Assembly: GCF_004010195.1 (NCBI RefSeq)
Contig: NC_057718.1
Coordinates: 64,238,744-64,302,743, forward strand
Length of the DNA: 64,000 nt
Source of the DNA: Chiloscyllium plagiosum
Taxonomy: Eukaryota
Direction of reading: 5' to 3'
Below, piece by piece: positions 37,630 through 51,649 of this stretch (position 1 is its first letter; each line of letters begins with the position of its first letter). The notes below the pieces were generated by a model. It made no database searches. It was given only the letters and a program-made list of their open reading frames with translations, and was not told the DNA's origin. A program made the position numbers and the translations under genes.

Positions 37630-37860
37630 TGTTAAGTAGGCTGGTTAGCTCAGTTGGTCCCGAGGCTAAGGTGTGGTTCAGATTAATGCCATCAAAAAGA
37701 GGTTCATTTCCTGTCCTGACTGAGTTAGATTTGGGATGTCCCTCATCATCTTATGAGAACACTAGGCAACCACCCATTTGCAAAAACTGCCAAGAAAACA
37801 AAAAAGCTCAGATAACAATGAGTCAAGAACCTGCCTTTACCTTTGAACAGCGCAATCATG
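37630..37860 (+). mobile_element. tRNA-derived SINE relic
   Basis: ggttagctcagttgg A box and ggttcatttcc B-box-like motif. Confidence 0.5.
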
Positions 37861-38458
37861 GGTGACATGAAGATGGGTTAAGATGCAGGTGAACCATGAT
37901 CAAACTGTACTGATGTGCTTGCTTGAGGGGCAGAGTAGCCTAGGATTCCATTCTTTATGTTTGATATGTAAGATTTGTTAACAATGCAGACAATGCCACA
38001 AATGAAAAGGCCCCACCTTGATTACCAAAAAATAAGTAAGTGGTCAGTGTACTGTTACAGCAATATCAAATCTGGAAATAAGTTACAAGTACGCACTCCA
38101 AATTTTCCAGGGCTTCAGTTCCACGTACATGGTACTCCTCGCAGAAGATTTTGTTTCTCATTTGGAAGCTTGACGAATTAACTCCGGAAAGCCTGTTCCT
38201 ATTCATATTTACTTTCCAGCAATTTTCATGAGAGAGAGGATCATGAAGTTAGACTGTGACCAATCTTACCCAAGGAGCATTAAACCAACATGCATCATCC
38301 TAGCTGAAGTCAGCAAACTTAGCACAATCCAAGGTTGCATTAAAGAGGGATCTTTTGACCCGCACAGCTCAATGGAGGACCATCACAAAGTTTTATTCAG
38401 AATGCTAATTAACAATAGATTTTATACTTAACAAAGGGATAACATATATGCTACCTAC

Positions 38459-38494
38459 CCAAAAGACTGCACATAGCGTTAAGGCGAAGCATAG
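38459..38494 (-). CDS. SFT2D1: SFT2D1 exon 5 (36 nt): LCFALTLCAVFW
   Basis: tttctcttttattctctag acceptor, gtaggt donor, phase 0/0. Confidence 0.95.
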
Positions 38495-39779
38495 CTAGAG
38501 AATAAAAGAGAAAAATGTTAATATTTTTAAAAACAGTGTCCAATTATTTCAGCAACTCAAATGCAAACAAGCCATTATGACACTTATTTAGAATAGTAAC
38601 TTTTGGATGAACTACTTGCAACTGTTCAATTTGCAAGATACTGCCTATTGAAAGTATATGTGAACGAATGATTTCTTCTCTTCTAATACCTCAAGGCTTC
38701 ACATAAATTACTTGTGGCGACTAAGATAACCGCTTCCCAGCATATAACAAATTTCAGGCTACAACTGCAGCCTAATATATTGCAACAGACCACAGTAGGA
38801 AGTATATTAGAGAAGAAAACAGTAAACAGCGCAGATCTCCCAGATCAGAAGCCCCTCAAACCTTTGTATACTATAGATAAAATAATGTAACACCATAGTT
38901 CTTACGTATATTAAAAATCCATTACTATGTATAAAAGGACTCTTGTAAGAACTGTATTTCGGGACTCTATTGCTGCCTTGAATTTGTGCTACTGAAGTTG
39001 CCGAGTAGGCTATTTTCGCCACTCAGCTATTTCAGTCATTACTTGAACACAATCCCACGAGGACAAAAATTTACATTTTGTCTAAAAGCAAACAGCAGTT
39101 CTCAAGCAAAAGAAAATAAAAGAATGCGTAGCTTGGGGAGGTACCAAGCAGGTGAATATACTAAAGCTGCTTCACGAGATAGCTCTCAAACGGAACTTGA
39201 CACTCAGATGAAGATATTACATCCATAGAGAGCAGCTGTCAAAGAGGTAGGTTTTAAGGTCTGCTTCAAAGGAGGACAGTGAAGAATAGGGGCTTAGGAA
39301 AGAATTCCAAAACTTGAGGCCTTGTAACCTGAAAGTATGGCTGCCAATGGTGATTTCAGATGGTCAAAATTGGAGAAACACACATTACCATGGTGCTACC
39401 CAGTGTGGTCTGTGACTTGAAGAGCCTGAGCACAGCCAACAGTTTTATCCAGTTGTGTAAACCTCGGAGGTGTGTGCAACAGTGCCTTTTGAAAGCAGAA
39501 GCTAATGTGTCAGCATAGTGATCAGCATGCATGGAACCATCCAACAACTGTGCAGCTTGGCAGGAACGTTGGCCTCCACCCTCATCAAAACAATTAGAAC
39601 AAAGAGAGGAGTGAAGCAAAATCTATGAGGAATCACATGACCCAATAGTTAGTGAAAAATTAAGTAGCTTCCACAAACTATAGATAAGCAAAACTCAAGA
39701 GTTGAAGAGAATTTTTTTGACATACAGGGCCAGATTCAAAGAAGTGAATCTGGTTACATAATATTAACAGAGGAGAAAG

Positions 39780-40495
39780 CACTACAGCCCATGATTTCTT
39801 TTCCACATGACATGGTCAACACTTCCCTTCTCCCACCCAAATAAACTAATAGGTGTATTAAACAATTTGTTTTTAACAACTACGTGCTTGTTTTCCTTAA
39901 TTAATCCAGACTCTTAATTTTCTCCCAGTTTATCATTCCAACAAATTTTTTTAATCTTACCAAGATCAACTGCCTGGCTTGTTTTTGCTCAGCTTATCGT
40001 TTTACTTGCTCTTGTTCAAGGGTAAAACATTTGCATTTCTTCAGTCTTCTGACACCACTGTTGTATCTAATGCAGATGGGATAATTTTGGCTAGTGTCTC
40101 CGCAATTTCCATTCTTGATCCTTTATATTCCTTGGGTGCACCCCATCTAGTACTTGTGAAATCTCAAATTTAAATGCAGCTAGCCCTTTTCATATCTTCT
40201 CTGTATCAACTTTTAACTCTTCCAGTATCTAAACTGCTTTCTCCTCTACTATGACATCAGCAATACCGTTCTTGGCAAAGACAGATATTAAGTTCAGAAC
40301 CTCAGCATTTCCTCTGCTTCCTTGCACTGATCCCTCATTGTCCCTTAAATCAGCTCCCCTCTCCAACAACACCTTCACTAAATGCCTTAACAAGATCTCT
40401 GGAGTCTCTTTCATGTTAGCAGCCACTCTGTTCTCACATTCTCTCATTCTTTCCCATTTTCCTTTTTGTTCCTTTGAACTTCAAGTGTTAGTTTA
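39780..40495 (-). mobile_element. Degenerate CR1 ORF2 fragment
   Basis: ENRVAANMKE...AEVLN..SVFAK, a CR1 inter-domain region. Confidence 0.65.
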
Positions 40496-40515
40496 ATCTA
40501 TTTAAATTTGACATT

Positions 40516-40738
40516 CAGGGCGATCCCTGTATCCACAGGTCCAGTTACCCGTGGTTTACCCCGGCCTGAACATATTATAGGGGACGTTCCAAAACCTGGA
40601 ACCAGGAGGCTGCTGGGAAGGTACGTTTCCCATTTAAATGAATAGGTTCACAGCTATCCATGGTTTAGGGCTTCTGCAGGTAGTCTTGGAATGTATCCCC
40701 CGTGGTCGGTTGGGGGTGGGGGGGGGGGGAAACTACTG
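40516..40738. mobile_element. Tigger-like MITE
   Basis: cagggcgatccctgtatcc left end and ...actactg|TA right end, with CAG terminal motifs as in pogo/Tigger MITEs. Confidence 0.6.
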
Positions 40739-42754
40739 TACTTTATTCCCCATAAACTATCAATAAGAGGTGTGTCACATACAGTGTATGATGGGGCAAT
40801 GAGTCAGAAATTAGGGGGAGATGAAGTTCAGCGTTACAGTGAGGAATGTTGAAGAAAGCTTGGCCCAATGGGCTAAGGGAAGGAAAGGAACGGAACCAAG
40901 AGAGGGAGGTAAATGGATCTCCTATTTAATGACAAATATGTCCATGGGCTCCTGACACCTAATGTTGAAAGTGAGGGTCAGGAATCTAATTGTCAGTTTC
41001 CCCCAGGATATAGTTGGGGGCTACCTTTGCATTACATGATATTTCTGGAATAATGAGCAGCTCTGGCAGGCAGGCAGACAGGAATTGGATTAGTTAATGC
41101 TTTATATTTTGAGGCATCTCAAATCTGTGACCCATGGTTTAAAAGAACATAAAATAGATGCAGATGACATAATGAATCAATGCTGCAAAGTTAACCATGT
41201 TCCTGATTATTTGGAAGCCAGTGTTGGTAGCCACTTATAAATGTACAGCTTAAACAAACATTTGGATTCAGAACATGAACTGTTGAAATGCGTTAAAAAA
41301 AGGTAATACCATGAATGAATATCAGAGACTCTTGGCTTAACAGTCAGAATTAATAACTGAAAATTCCAACAGGTTAATTATTAAGCAATGTGAACAGTTG
41401 GGGCTTGAATCAAACAGCAAAGAAGAAGAACATTTTAAGTAATAGAAATAGCTTTCACATTAACATTTTGTTTTCAACGGAAATTAATCACCTTCATTTG
41501 TAAACGCTCTGTCAAAGCCACACTTGGGAAGAATTTGCTGTCCCTGACAACAAAACTGTGTTAAGGCATTAGAGTTACCTCAAATAATATTCTTACTGTT
41601 CGAAGCAGGTCTGCAACACTTGCATAAATGCAAACAAGTCAACACGCTCCACTTCTTTATCAAACAAAGGAGGAAACAGATGGGAAATAAAGGAGCCAGG
41701 AATAAGGTCCATGAGCCTTGTATGGAGTTCTTGATCTATTTTGTGATGTTTTGAGCAAATTCTTGAAAAATAACTTATATACTGTGTCATATTAATCCTC
41801 AATTTCCCAAATACTTAGTATAAACTTGGTCTGCTTCAGATACAATGGTGTAAGTTGTTTTTGTAAATAGTCTGACAATCTCATTTTTGAGAAAGTTGAC
41901 TCATGTTGCCGTATAGCTACACAGCAAAGATAGACTGAACGATAGGACCCCTCTCACATGGACTAGATAGCAGTACTAATTCCACATGTATTGTCAATCT
42001 GCCCAATGACAAATCATGTTTATAGTTCAAAAGGCAATACCTGGTTTAAAACAAATGTTTTTCTTCCAACAGCAAGTTAAAATGTGCAAAGGAAGGCTTA
42101 TAGCATTTGAACTCAGGAGTTTTTAATTCAATCTAAGTTCACTATATCACATATTGGCTTCTGTGATAAAAGATGGTTGCAACCTGACCCAGAACCTACA
42201 ACTGGTTTCACATCTATATTTCTTGCTTTGTTCAGATGATGAATTATTCAGCTTGTCTGGCTATGTGTAGCAAGAAATTGTCCAGTCATCTGGAACCAGG
42301 TACTTAGAAAAATTAACCTTCAGGTAGGTTAAGTTTAGCTTTTGTTTAATGGAACACTCAATGTTCATAGCAGGAGATTCAGCTATGATAATTAGATAAT
42401 TAGATTCTATCTTGTTGGATATGTTTTAGCTGTGGTACTTTTATGGCGCTAATGTTACTTGTGACTTATTAGCCCATACTGGGAACAAGAAAATTGTTGA
42501 GCGATATTTGTATTTGGCATACTTTGGTTATTGTCAGAGCTGATATTCTAAAGACAGGACACAAATAAAAGATGTAGTTTCAGAACTATATGCCTCTGTT
42601 CCAGCAATAATAGCTGAGTTGGAGAAAAGATTTAACAATTGCAACGTTAAAAGGTATCTTGAGCATTTAACCTAACCATGCTCACTTCTTCATTGGAGCT
42701 GGCAATAGCCAATTGTTTTGAGAAGAGCTGGAGTTTCAGATCTTGGTATCAATC

Positions 42755-43860
42755 TTTTTTTTTAAAAAAGAAGAAATTAAGATGTGGGCTTTGCTGGCTA
42801 GGTTACATTTATTGGCCATTCCCAATTGCCCTTGTGTTGGTGGTGAGCTGTCTTCTTGAACAGCTATAGTTCATTTAGAACAGGTACAACAGCAATGCTG
42901 AAAGTGACAGCGTTCCAGGGGTTTGATCCTGCAACACTAAAGCAACTGGAATATATTTTCAATTTAGGATGAGTGGTAGCTTGGAGGAATAGTTGCAGGT
43001 GATGGTATTCCCATTCATCTGCTGTCCTGGTATTTCTAAGTGGTAGTGTTCATGGGTTTGGAAAATGGTATAAGAAGCCTTGGTGAATTTCTGCAGCCCA
43101 TCTTGTAGATGGCGCATACTGCTGATAGTGTTTGTTGGGGGTGAAGAACATGAATATCGAAGGTAGTAGATAGGTGTCAATCGAGATTATTGCTTTGTAC
43201 TGGATACTGTCAAGCTTTAAATGCTATTGGCACTGCACTTATTCAGGAATGTGGAGAATATCCCATTACACTCCTAGCTTATGCCCTGTAGACAGTGGAC
43301 AGGCTTTGGGAGACTCAGGCGGTGGGCTGGATTCCTATCCTCTGACCAGCTACTGTACCAATAGTATTTGCATGGTTAGTGCAATTTTGTTTCTCGTCAA
43401 TAGTAACCCTCAGGATGGTATTAGTGGGGTTTTCAGAATTAGTAATGCCATTGCATTTCAAGAAGCAATGGTTAGATTCTCTTTTGTTGGAGATGGTCAT
43501 TGCTGGAACTTGTTTGATGTTAATGTTACTTGCCACTTGTCAGCCCAGGCCTGGCTGTTAACAAGGTCATATTGCATTTTGGTACAGACTACTTCAGTAT
43601 TTGAGGAGCTAAAAATAATCTTGAACACTATAATTATTGGCAAGCATTCCCACTTCTGTTGTTCGCACATAGAATATCACACTGAGGAGATCTTGCAGTG
43701 ATGCCCTGGAGTTGAAATGTTTAACCTCCAAAAATCACAACCATTTTCCATTGTGCTAGGCTCAACTCCAAACAACTGACTTGAGTTTTGCTAGGACTCC
43801 TTGATGCCATAGTTGAATGCGATTTTGATGTCAAGGGTAATCATTCTTATCTCACCAATT
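42755..43860 (-). mobile_element. L2/Crack/Daphne-like LINE 3' portion
   Basis: AMTISNKRESNH...ILRVTIDEKQNCTNHANTIGTVAGQRIG. Homologous to 51060-51640. Confidence 0.8.
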
Positions 43861-43869
43861 GAGTTAATC

Positions 43870-44197
43870 ATAGAATCCCTACAATATGAAACAGACCCTT
43901 CAGCTCAACAAGTCCACACTGATCCTCCGAAGAGTAACTCACCCAGATCCATTCCCCTACTACTCTACGTTTACCCTAGACTAATACACCTAACATACAC
44001 ATCCCTGAACACTATGGGTAATTTAGCATGGCCAATTCACCTTACCTGCACATCCTTGGACTGTGGGAGGAAACCAGAGCACTTGGAGGACACCCCACAG
44101 ACACTGGGAGAATGTGCAAACTCCACAAAGACAGTCGCCTAAAGCAGGAATCAAACCCAGGTCCCTGGTGCTGTGAGGCAACAGTGCTAACCACTGG
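43870..44197 (-). mobile_element. HE1/V-SINE
   Basis: V-domain and head reverse complement (gctgtgaggcaacagtgctaaccactg). Confidence 0.9.
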
Positions 44198-44330
44198 GTA
44201 AAAACAAGGGCTGCAGATGCTAGAAACCAGATTCTAGACTAGAGTGGTGCTGGAAAAGCACAGCAGTTCAGGCAGCATCCAAGGAGCAGGAAAATCGACG
44301 TTTCGGGCAAAAGCCCTTCATCTGGAATAT
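44198..44330 (-). mobile_element. Penelope terminal-repeat fragment abutting the SINE head
   Basis: ctgcagatgctagaaacc...ggaaaagcacagcag...gacgtttcgggcaaaagcccttcatc. Confidence 0.8.
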
Positions 44331-45614
44331 TCAAGAAAGTACTTAACACACAACTTAAAGTTTTGAGCTATATTGACATGCAGAAAAGGATTGTTTGAAA
44401 GCTGCCAAAATTCTGAGGTAGCATTGGTAAAATACAAAAAAAAGAACAAATTTATACAATCCACCAAAAGAACTGAGTTTATTTAAAAATTTATCATATT
44501 TAGATCAATATAAAAGTTGTACTTGATTATTTTTCAGTGGGAAAGACTGCAGCCATTGATAGTACAGTCCACAGAGTGAGTTCTTGTACTGCAAGTTAGA
44601 TAGAAATCATATGACTGTTCAAGGTGCCAATATCTGGAGGGGCAAAATCCCAAGGTAGTTCCCCTTTTGACAGGAAAATTGTACTTGAAGGTCGAACAAA
44701 CAAGTAATTTCACACACATTCTTTGACGTTTAAGAGTCTGTCACTAGCTTGTAAAACACATTGATGGATCAACAATTCTACAAATATTCCTGTTTTAACT
44801 TAGTAATATGTGAAATAGACAATGAAAATGACACACAACACTACATAAGACAAAATGTAACCTTTCAGATGATTAGTCCTATTTCTGTCCAATTTAAAAT
44901 ATGTTGCCTAAACTTGACTTTTATAAGTATTTTGTAAGTATTTATAAGCATGATAAAGGTTTACTTATGATTGAGACCCTCCATCGCCAAATGTAAAGGC
45001 ACTTTGAATATTACAAAACAGGATGACAATTTGTGCAACAGAAATGTTGGAATTTCAAAAAATCTTTTTAGTCACATCAATAAAATCACATTCAAAGCCC
45101 CCACCACAGATAGGGAGCTAATGAAAGGACCCAATGTTTCAGCAAGCTCCAGTAATTCACTTATTACCTGTGGTTTAAATTAGGACAAACAAATGCAACA
45201 TCAAAGCCAGATAGGGCTGAGCTATTTGCCAAAAATTAGTGGTATTAATGATCATGGGTTGGAGAGAAAGGATGATGAACAAAGAGCTAACATAAATAAT
45301 GTGCAGTAATGACAACTTGGAAATTTGAAAATTTTAGAATAGAATTGGCTTGCACTTTTTAAATTAATTCAGAATAATTTCTGGGAAAATTACATTTTCA
45401 AATCATACAACCATACAAATTAGGAACAATAGGCCATTTGGCCCCTTGAACCTGTGATTTAATTTTCCAATTGATCAGAGTATGGCATCAACTTTACTTT
45501 CATGCCTATTCCTTAGTCCCTGTAAATAATACTCTTTTATGGTACAGTACTTTATGTAAATTTGTTAAACTTATAGAAAGAATGCATACAAAAAATTTAC
45601 TATAATAGAATTTA

Positions 45615-45755
<141 letters not shown>

Positions 45756-46834
45756 TTAAGTTTTCAGAAACTAGGTTTGGCAAAGAAGGTGAGTAGATTC
45801 AGGAGGAAAGAAAGACAAAGCGGTCTTACAGTTGTCAATTATTAGGCAGCAAACTATGAATCTCAATCAGAATCACCCTTTCACTTCATGGAGCCAAAAG
45901 ATTTTTTTTTAAAAAGCTGTGTAGCTTTTCAAACCACACAATAGCATTGATATCAAAGTGAAACTTGTGTTAGGAAATGTAGTCACACTGCCATCCCGTC
46001 TTCACTTTGCATTCAATATTAATTTAAAGCATTTATTGAATTAAACAGCACTGATGGCAGTTACCAATAGGCTTTCTCCAAAATCTTCATTCAACAACCT
46101 GACTGCATCTCTTACAAAATGCAGATGATAGCAGTTTTTTTCAAAAAACTGGATAACACAAGGTATCCAGAATACTTGCCAATCTGAAAGTGGCATAAAT
46201 TTAAAGAAAATAATTTACAAATTTCAGATGATACAGAAGAAAAATAAGGAAAATACTGAATACCAGGAAATTGTTTTACAAATGGAAACAGTCTTCACAG
46301 CTTTCTTTAAAATGCTGTTTTCAATTTTTAATAATTTCTTGGAACAAAAACCTCTGAATAAATCAGATTTGTTCCTTTCTCGATAGCATAAAGTCTCAAA
46401 ACATTTTTTTCCGTTTTACAAGTACAATCCCATTTATAAAGCAACTTTAATAGATGGCAATGTCCTAAAGACATTACAGAGGCAAGATGATTAAAAGCAT
46501 GGTTTCTAACAGTGACATGAAAGAAGTGATGGATGTGAAAGAATTCATAGTTGGAGCAACAATGCTTCTAGAGAACCAAGGAGGGCTTTTAACCAAAGGA
46601 TGAGCTGGCTAAAATTGAGGCATAGTGCTCTGGTAGCCAATACAGGCAGGCAAAGTCAATGATGGCTAATGGAGTGGCGTTTGGTTTAGGCTATGGATTG
46701 CATGAGCAGGTTTATGGAAAGTGAAGTGACTGGCAGGAAGAGCACTGAAATAGAACTGACAAAGACATAGACAAGGATTCAACAGCAGAAAAGCGGAAGC
46801 AGGCTGGAGATGGGTAACCTAATATAATAAAGAA

Positions 46835-47168
46835 ACCCTACAGTGTGGGATTAAGCCCTTTGAGTGCCCTCAAAGAGAACCACACCCAGAGCCACAACTC
46901 ATACTCTATTCCCGTGACCCCATGTTTCCGATGGCAAATGTACATAGCCTGCATATCCTTGGACACAATTGGCAATTTTAGCATCTCCAATCCACCTAAC
47001 CTGCATATCTTTGGACTGTGGGAGGAAAGCAGAGCATCTAGAGGAACCCACACAGGCACAGGGAGAACGTGCAAACTCCACACAGACAGTCACCTAAGGT
47101 TGGAATTGAACCTGGATGCCTGGTGCTGTGAGGCAACAGTGCTAACCACTGAGCCACTGTGCCACCCC
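46835..47168 (-). mobile_element. HE1/V-SINE inserted in an L2 relic (~46500-47450)
   Basis: Full head (ggggtggcacagtggctcagtggttagc) on the minus strand. Confidence 0.9.
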
Positions 47169-48701
47169 AGAGAAGGAAGTAGTCATGCCAGAATAGTAAT
47201 GCTGTGAAAGATAATGCCAATGCAATTTTTTTGGCAATGACTCCAAAGCCAAGTGGAATCAGGTGAGGTCTGTCTACTAGTGTTGGACAACATATAAGAC
47301 ATTGAAAGAAAATGAGTGGTTCCATGTCAAAGATTGCAGAGGTGTCAGAAAGGATGAGGATGGGCTGTGCATCATGGTCACTTACACAGAAGCTGAAATT
47401 TATTACCCAGGACTATTTCGGGATTATGGGTATGCATGCAAAACCTTGACCAGAGAGATTTAAATACAGAGTTTTGGAAAAAGGTACAGATTTGTGAGAT
47501 AACATGCTCAATTTTTGATTTACATGCAATTGATGAGCATAACATTCAAATGAGCTTAGTTGTCACTGGCAATCATTTATGCTTTAATGCAAAGCTATTT
47601 CATTGAGGAAGTCAAACAGATTTACAGTTAATTTTCTTTTCAACTTATAAACTATATTTTCAGAAAAGACAATTTGGCAGGGTATACATAATTACTGTTT
47701 TACCAAAACGGGTTCGTTTATTCACTAATTTAGAGTCAACAATACAATCCAACTCTTGGAGATGGTGTGACTAAATGAGCCTCCTTTTCAAGGCTATGTT
47801 CTATAAACTATACAAAAGTCACACAAACTCTTATTTTTCTTATTTTTGGCAACAGTGAGATAACTTTCAACTTCAAAGTTTTACAATTATAAAAAAAACC
47901 TAAGTAATAAAAGGTTGAAAATTTGTGCAAAATCAACCACAATTAGTGCCTAGAATAGATTTCAAGTTTAATTATCTTCATAAAAAAGTAGGAAGTAAAA
48001 TAAATTTTGGTCAAAGGAAACAAAGTTGTTTAATATTTTGTCTGTGCAAACTATTCTTTGGCAATGCACTGTAATGAGTCATTTTCCATGAGCTCTATGG
48101 CTTCAAAATGCTTATTGTTTTTTCTGCTTTCATGATGTAGGAGTAATTGTTTTATAACTATGCAAGCATCAAGACTGATGAAAGCAAATACGTAAAAAAG
48201 CAACACAGATTGACGTTTCGTTCTCAGCTGCTATTTAGACAGCATCATTTAAATCCACACAGATATTTCATTTTATACTGGTTTATTCAATCCGTCTAAT
48301 AGTGTTGGATATACATATCCATATTGGATGACGCATAATATTTTAACATGAAATAATTTCTCAATATATTGACATCACAATGCCTTGTAGATTACAAACT
48401 ACCAAATAACTAAAATGCTCATTTGGCATTACTAACTGCTAATTAAGGCCAAACTTGGTTTGCTTTGAACAGATTATAGTGATTATGTTGCAATTTACTG
48501 GCTTAAAGAATGCATTGGCTACAATGAAAAATATCTAGAAATCAAATATTGTGGTAATTGTACTAATAAAAGCAACATAATACCAACAGCACACTTTCAA
48601 AGAGGCACAGCATAACTTTTATTTTTCCTTGCACTCCTCGAGGTCTATGCTTTGCTTTTCATAGCTACTTTTTGATTCTCGCTAACAACTTTATTAGCCG
48701 T

Positions 48702-49040
48702 GGGTGGCACGGTGGCACCGTGGTTAGCAATCCTGCCTCACAGCGCCAAAGACCCGGGTTCAATTCCCGCCTCAGGCGAATGACTGTGTGGAGTTTGCAC
48801 GTTCTCCCAGTGTCTGCGTGGGTTTCCTCCGGGTGCTCTGGTTTCCTCCCACAGTCCAAAGATGTGCAGGTCAGGTGAATTGGCCATGCTAAATTGCCCG
48901 TAGTGTTAGGTAAGGGGTAAATATAGTGGTATGGGTGGGTTGCGCTTCGGCGGGTCGGTGTGGACTTATTGGGCCGAAGGGCCTGTTTCCACACTGTAAT
49001 GTAATCTAATCTAATCAGTAATGTAATCTAATCCAATCAG
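48702..49040 (+). mobile_element. HE1 SINE, full length and young, with a duplicated tail unit
   Basis: Retains many CpGs. The tail taatgtaatctaatc(t/c)aatcag occurs twice. Confidence 0.95.
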
Positions 49041-50290
49041 ACTAGTACAGTAACAATACATTCTGCAAATTTAAAGGTGCAACACGGAAAGAAAGCATTG
49101 ATATTCCACACATCATTGAATTTGAATAGATGTAATATATCAGGCATAAGCCAGCAAGCTTTTATCCCCAAATAACTGGCAAGCTTCTACAAAACAAAAG
49201 CTGAAACACACCTTCAGATTGGTAAGGTTACAGTCAATGTATTTCCATTGTATATTCAAGATAGGCAGTTATTACTCTCTTTACTCCCTTGCAGATCATC
49301 TCAGATTCAAATTTAAACATTGACCATGTTTGCTTTAATAACAACGGAATGTTTTCTGCAGCTAGGTCTTCAGCAAATGTAACCTTAAGTTACTTTCTCT
49401 TGCAAGTAATAAATTACTTTGGTGATTCCAACTTATCCTCACTCCTAGTTAGCTGTGATCCCCCTCTTTTCTGCTCAGGATTCTGCATGTTTCAGGAAGA
49501 CCATCACACCATAAGATGTAGCAGCAGAAGCAGACCGAGTCTACACCACCTGATGACTGGTCTGATAATTCTCAACTTCACTATCCCAGGTTCCCTTACT
49601 AATTAAAATTGGTCTACATGAACAGACGAACTAGAACAAGATTAGGCCACTCAGCCCTTTGGACTGAATTTAACTTCAATTCTACATTCCTGCATACCTC
49701 TGACCATATTCATCTGCTTGGTAAGAATCTGCCTTAAAAATAGTTTACAATTCCGCATCCACTGCCCCTTTTATTCCATCATGTTCAACTTTGCTGACAA
49801 GCCTGTTATATAGTAAAAGGCTTTCAAGAAGTTCATGTGCACCACAATCAATCATTACATCATTAAGACATTCATATTAGCTAAATAAGAACTACTTCAA
49901 CAAATCCACGTTGACTTCCTTATTAATCTGTTTAGCCAAATAACTGTTAATTTTATCCTGAGTTATTGTTTCTAAACACTATCTCTAGGGTTAAAACTCA
50001 TCGGTCCTTGGTTGCTAGCCTTCCCCTTAGAGAGTTTTCTGAACAATGGTGTCAATATTTGTAATTCGTGTGTTCCCTGGCATCGTGTCCATATTGAGAG
50101 AGAAAATTATGGCCAGTATCTCCCAATGTTCACCTATATGTTTGAGGTCACTCCCCTCACTAGAAATGGAAATATTCAATTATTTTTCCTAAATGAGAAA
50201 ACGAGGTCTGCAGATGCTGGAGATCAGAGATGGAAATGTGTTGCTGGAAAAGCGCAGCAGGTCAGGCAGCATCCAGGGAACAGGAGAATC

Positions 50291-50318
50291 GACGTTTCGG
50301 GCATTAGCCCTTCTTCAG
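50291..50318 (-). ncRNA. Minimal hammerhead ribozyme motif (PLE type), on the SFT2D1 sense strand
   Basis: CUGAAGA-A-GGGC-UAAU-GCCC-GAA-ACGU-C. The core is intact, but helix I is very short. Confidence 0.65.
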
Positions 50319-50567
50319 GAATGAGGAAAGTTTGTCCAGCAGGCTAAGATAAAAGATAGGGAGGAGGGACTTGGGGGAGGGGCGTCGGAAATGTGATAGG
50401 TGGAAAAAGGACACCCGGACCAACCAACCCAACCACCCTGTAGCTCAACATTTCAATTCCCCCTCCCACTCCACCAAGGATATGCAGGTCTTTGGACTCG
50501 ATGCCCCTCCCCCAATTCCCTCCTCACTATCTTTTATCTTAGCCTGCTGGACAAACTTTCCTCATTC

Positions 50568-50595
50568 CTGAAGAAGGGCTAATGCCCGAAACGTC
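50568..50595 (+). ncRNA. Minimal hammerhead ribozyme motif (PLE type)
   Basis: CUGAAGA-A-GGGC-UAAU-GCCC-GAA-ACGU-C. Confidence 0.65.
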
Positions 50596-51059
50596 AATTC
50601 TCCTGTTCCCTGGATGCTGCCTGACCTGCTGCGCTTTTCCAGCAACACATTTCCATCTCTATTTTTCCTAAATGCCAACTAACCTTTTGTAATTCATGCA
50701 CTAGAGCACCCAGATCCCTCTGCACCTTAAAGTTCTGTAATCTCTCTGTTTAAATATGCTTTTATAAAGGTTCTTCCTGCCAGACTGAACAATTACAATT
50801 TTTCCTACATTCGCACCCATTTGTCAGACCTTGCACAGTTACCTAACCTATCTATAACCCTTCCCAATCTCTAGTCTTCCTCATAACTTGCTTTCCCATA
50901 TATTTTTGTCATCAGCAGATTTAGCAACCTTACCTTTGATCCCTTTAGTCATTTATATAAAATGTAAAAAGCTGATGCACCAACACGGATCTCTGGCATA
51001 TCAGTCTTTACATCTTGCAACCATAAGAATGACCCATTAGAGTTTGATTCCTGTCTAAA

Positions 51060-51640
51060 TGCTTCAAGACTGGGACAATATCTGGGTAAGGGCTGACAAG
51101 TACAAGGAATATTCGCACCACCTAAGTGCTGGGCAATGACTTTCGCCAACAAGAGAAGTTGTGACCATGACCCCTTGACATTCAATTATGTTACCATCAT
51201 CGAATTTTTCACTATCAGTATCCTAGGTATGTTACTATTGACCTGAAACTGAACTGGACTAGCCATACAAACACTGTGGCTACAAGAGATGGTCAGAGGC
51301 TAGAAAACCTGCAATGAGTAATTCACATCCTGACTCCTTAATGTCTGTACACCATTTACAAGGCACAAGTCAGCAGTGTAATGGAGTACTCTCCACTTGC
51401 TTAGTTAAGCTCAGTTCCAACAATACTCAAGAAGCTTGACACCATTGAGGACAAAGCAGCTCATTTGATTGGGACTATGTCTACTACCTTCACCATGCAT
51501 GCTCAGCAGCAACAGTATGTAAAAAAAACACTGGCAGAACTTTACCAAGGCTTTTTAGACAGCGCCTTTCAAACCCACAATTAATTCCATCTCGAAGGAC
51601 AAAGACAGCGGATGCAAGGATACATCATCACCTGCGATTG
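51060..51640 (+). mobile_element. L2/Crack/Daphne-like LINE fragment (a matching 3' tail lies at 53350-53585)
   Basis: DLKLNWTSHTNTVATRDGQRL...IYKAQVSSVMEYSPLA. The tail at 53350-53585 ends QQFKAEAYHDLLKGK followed by an A-run. Confidence 0.8.
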
Positions 51641-51649
51641 ATAGCCATG

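Larger units (their letters stand above)
50196..50660. mobile_element. Penelope-derived palindromic element, 162-bp arms, 15-bp TSD
   Basis: Arms 50226-50387 and 50499-50660 have about 4 mismatches by eye. The loop holds a GIY-YIG scrap (PVAQHFNSPSHS). TSD tatttttcctaaatg at 50181-50195 and 50660-50674. Confidence 0.92.

Noticed and set aside
43174..43701. 175-aa plus-strand ORF
   Set aside because: Antisense to a decayed LINE.
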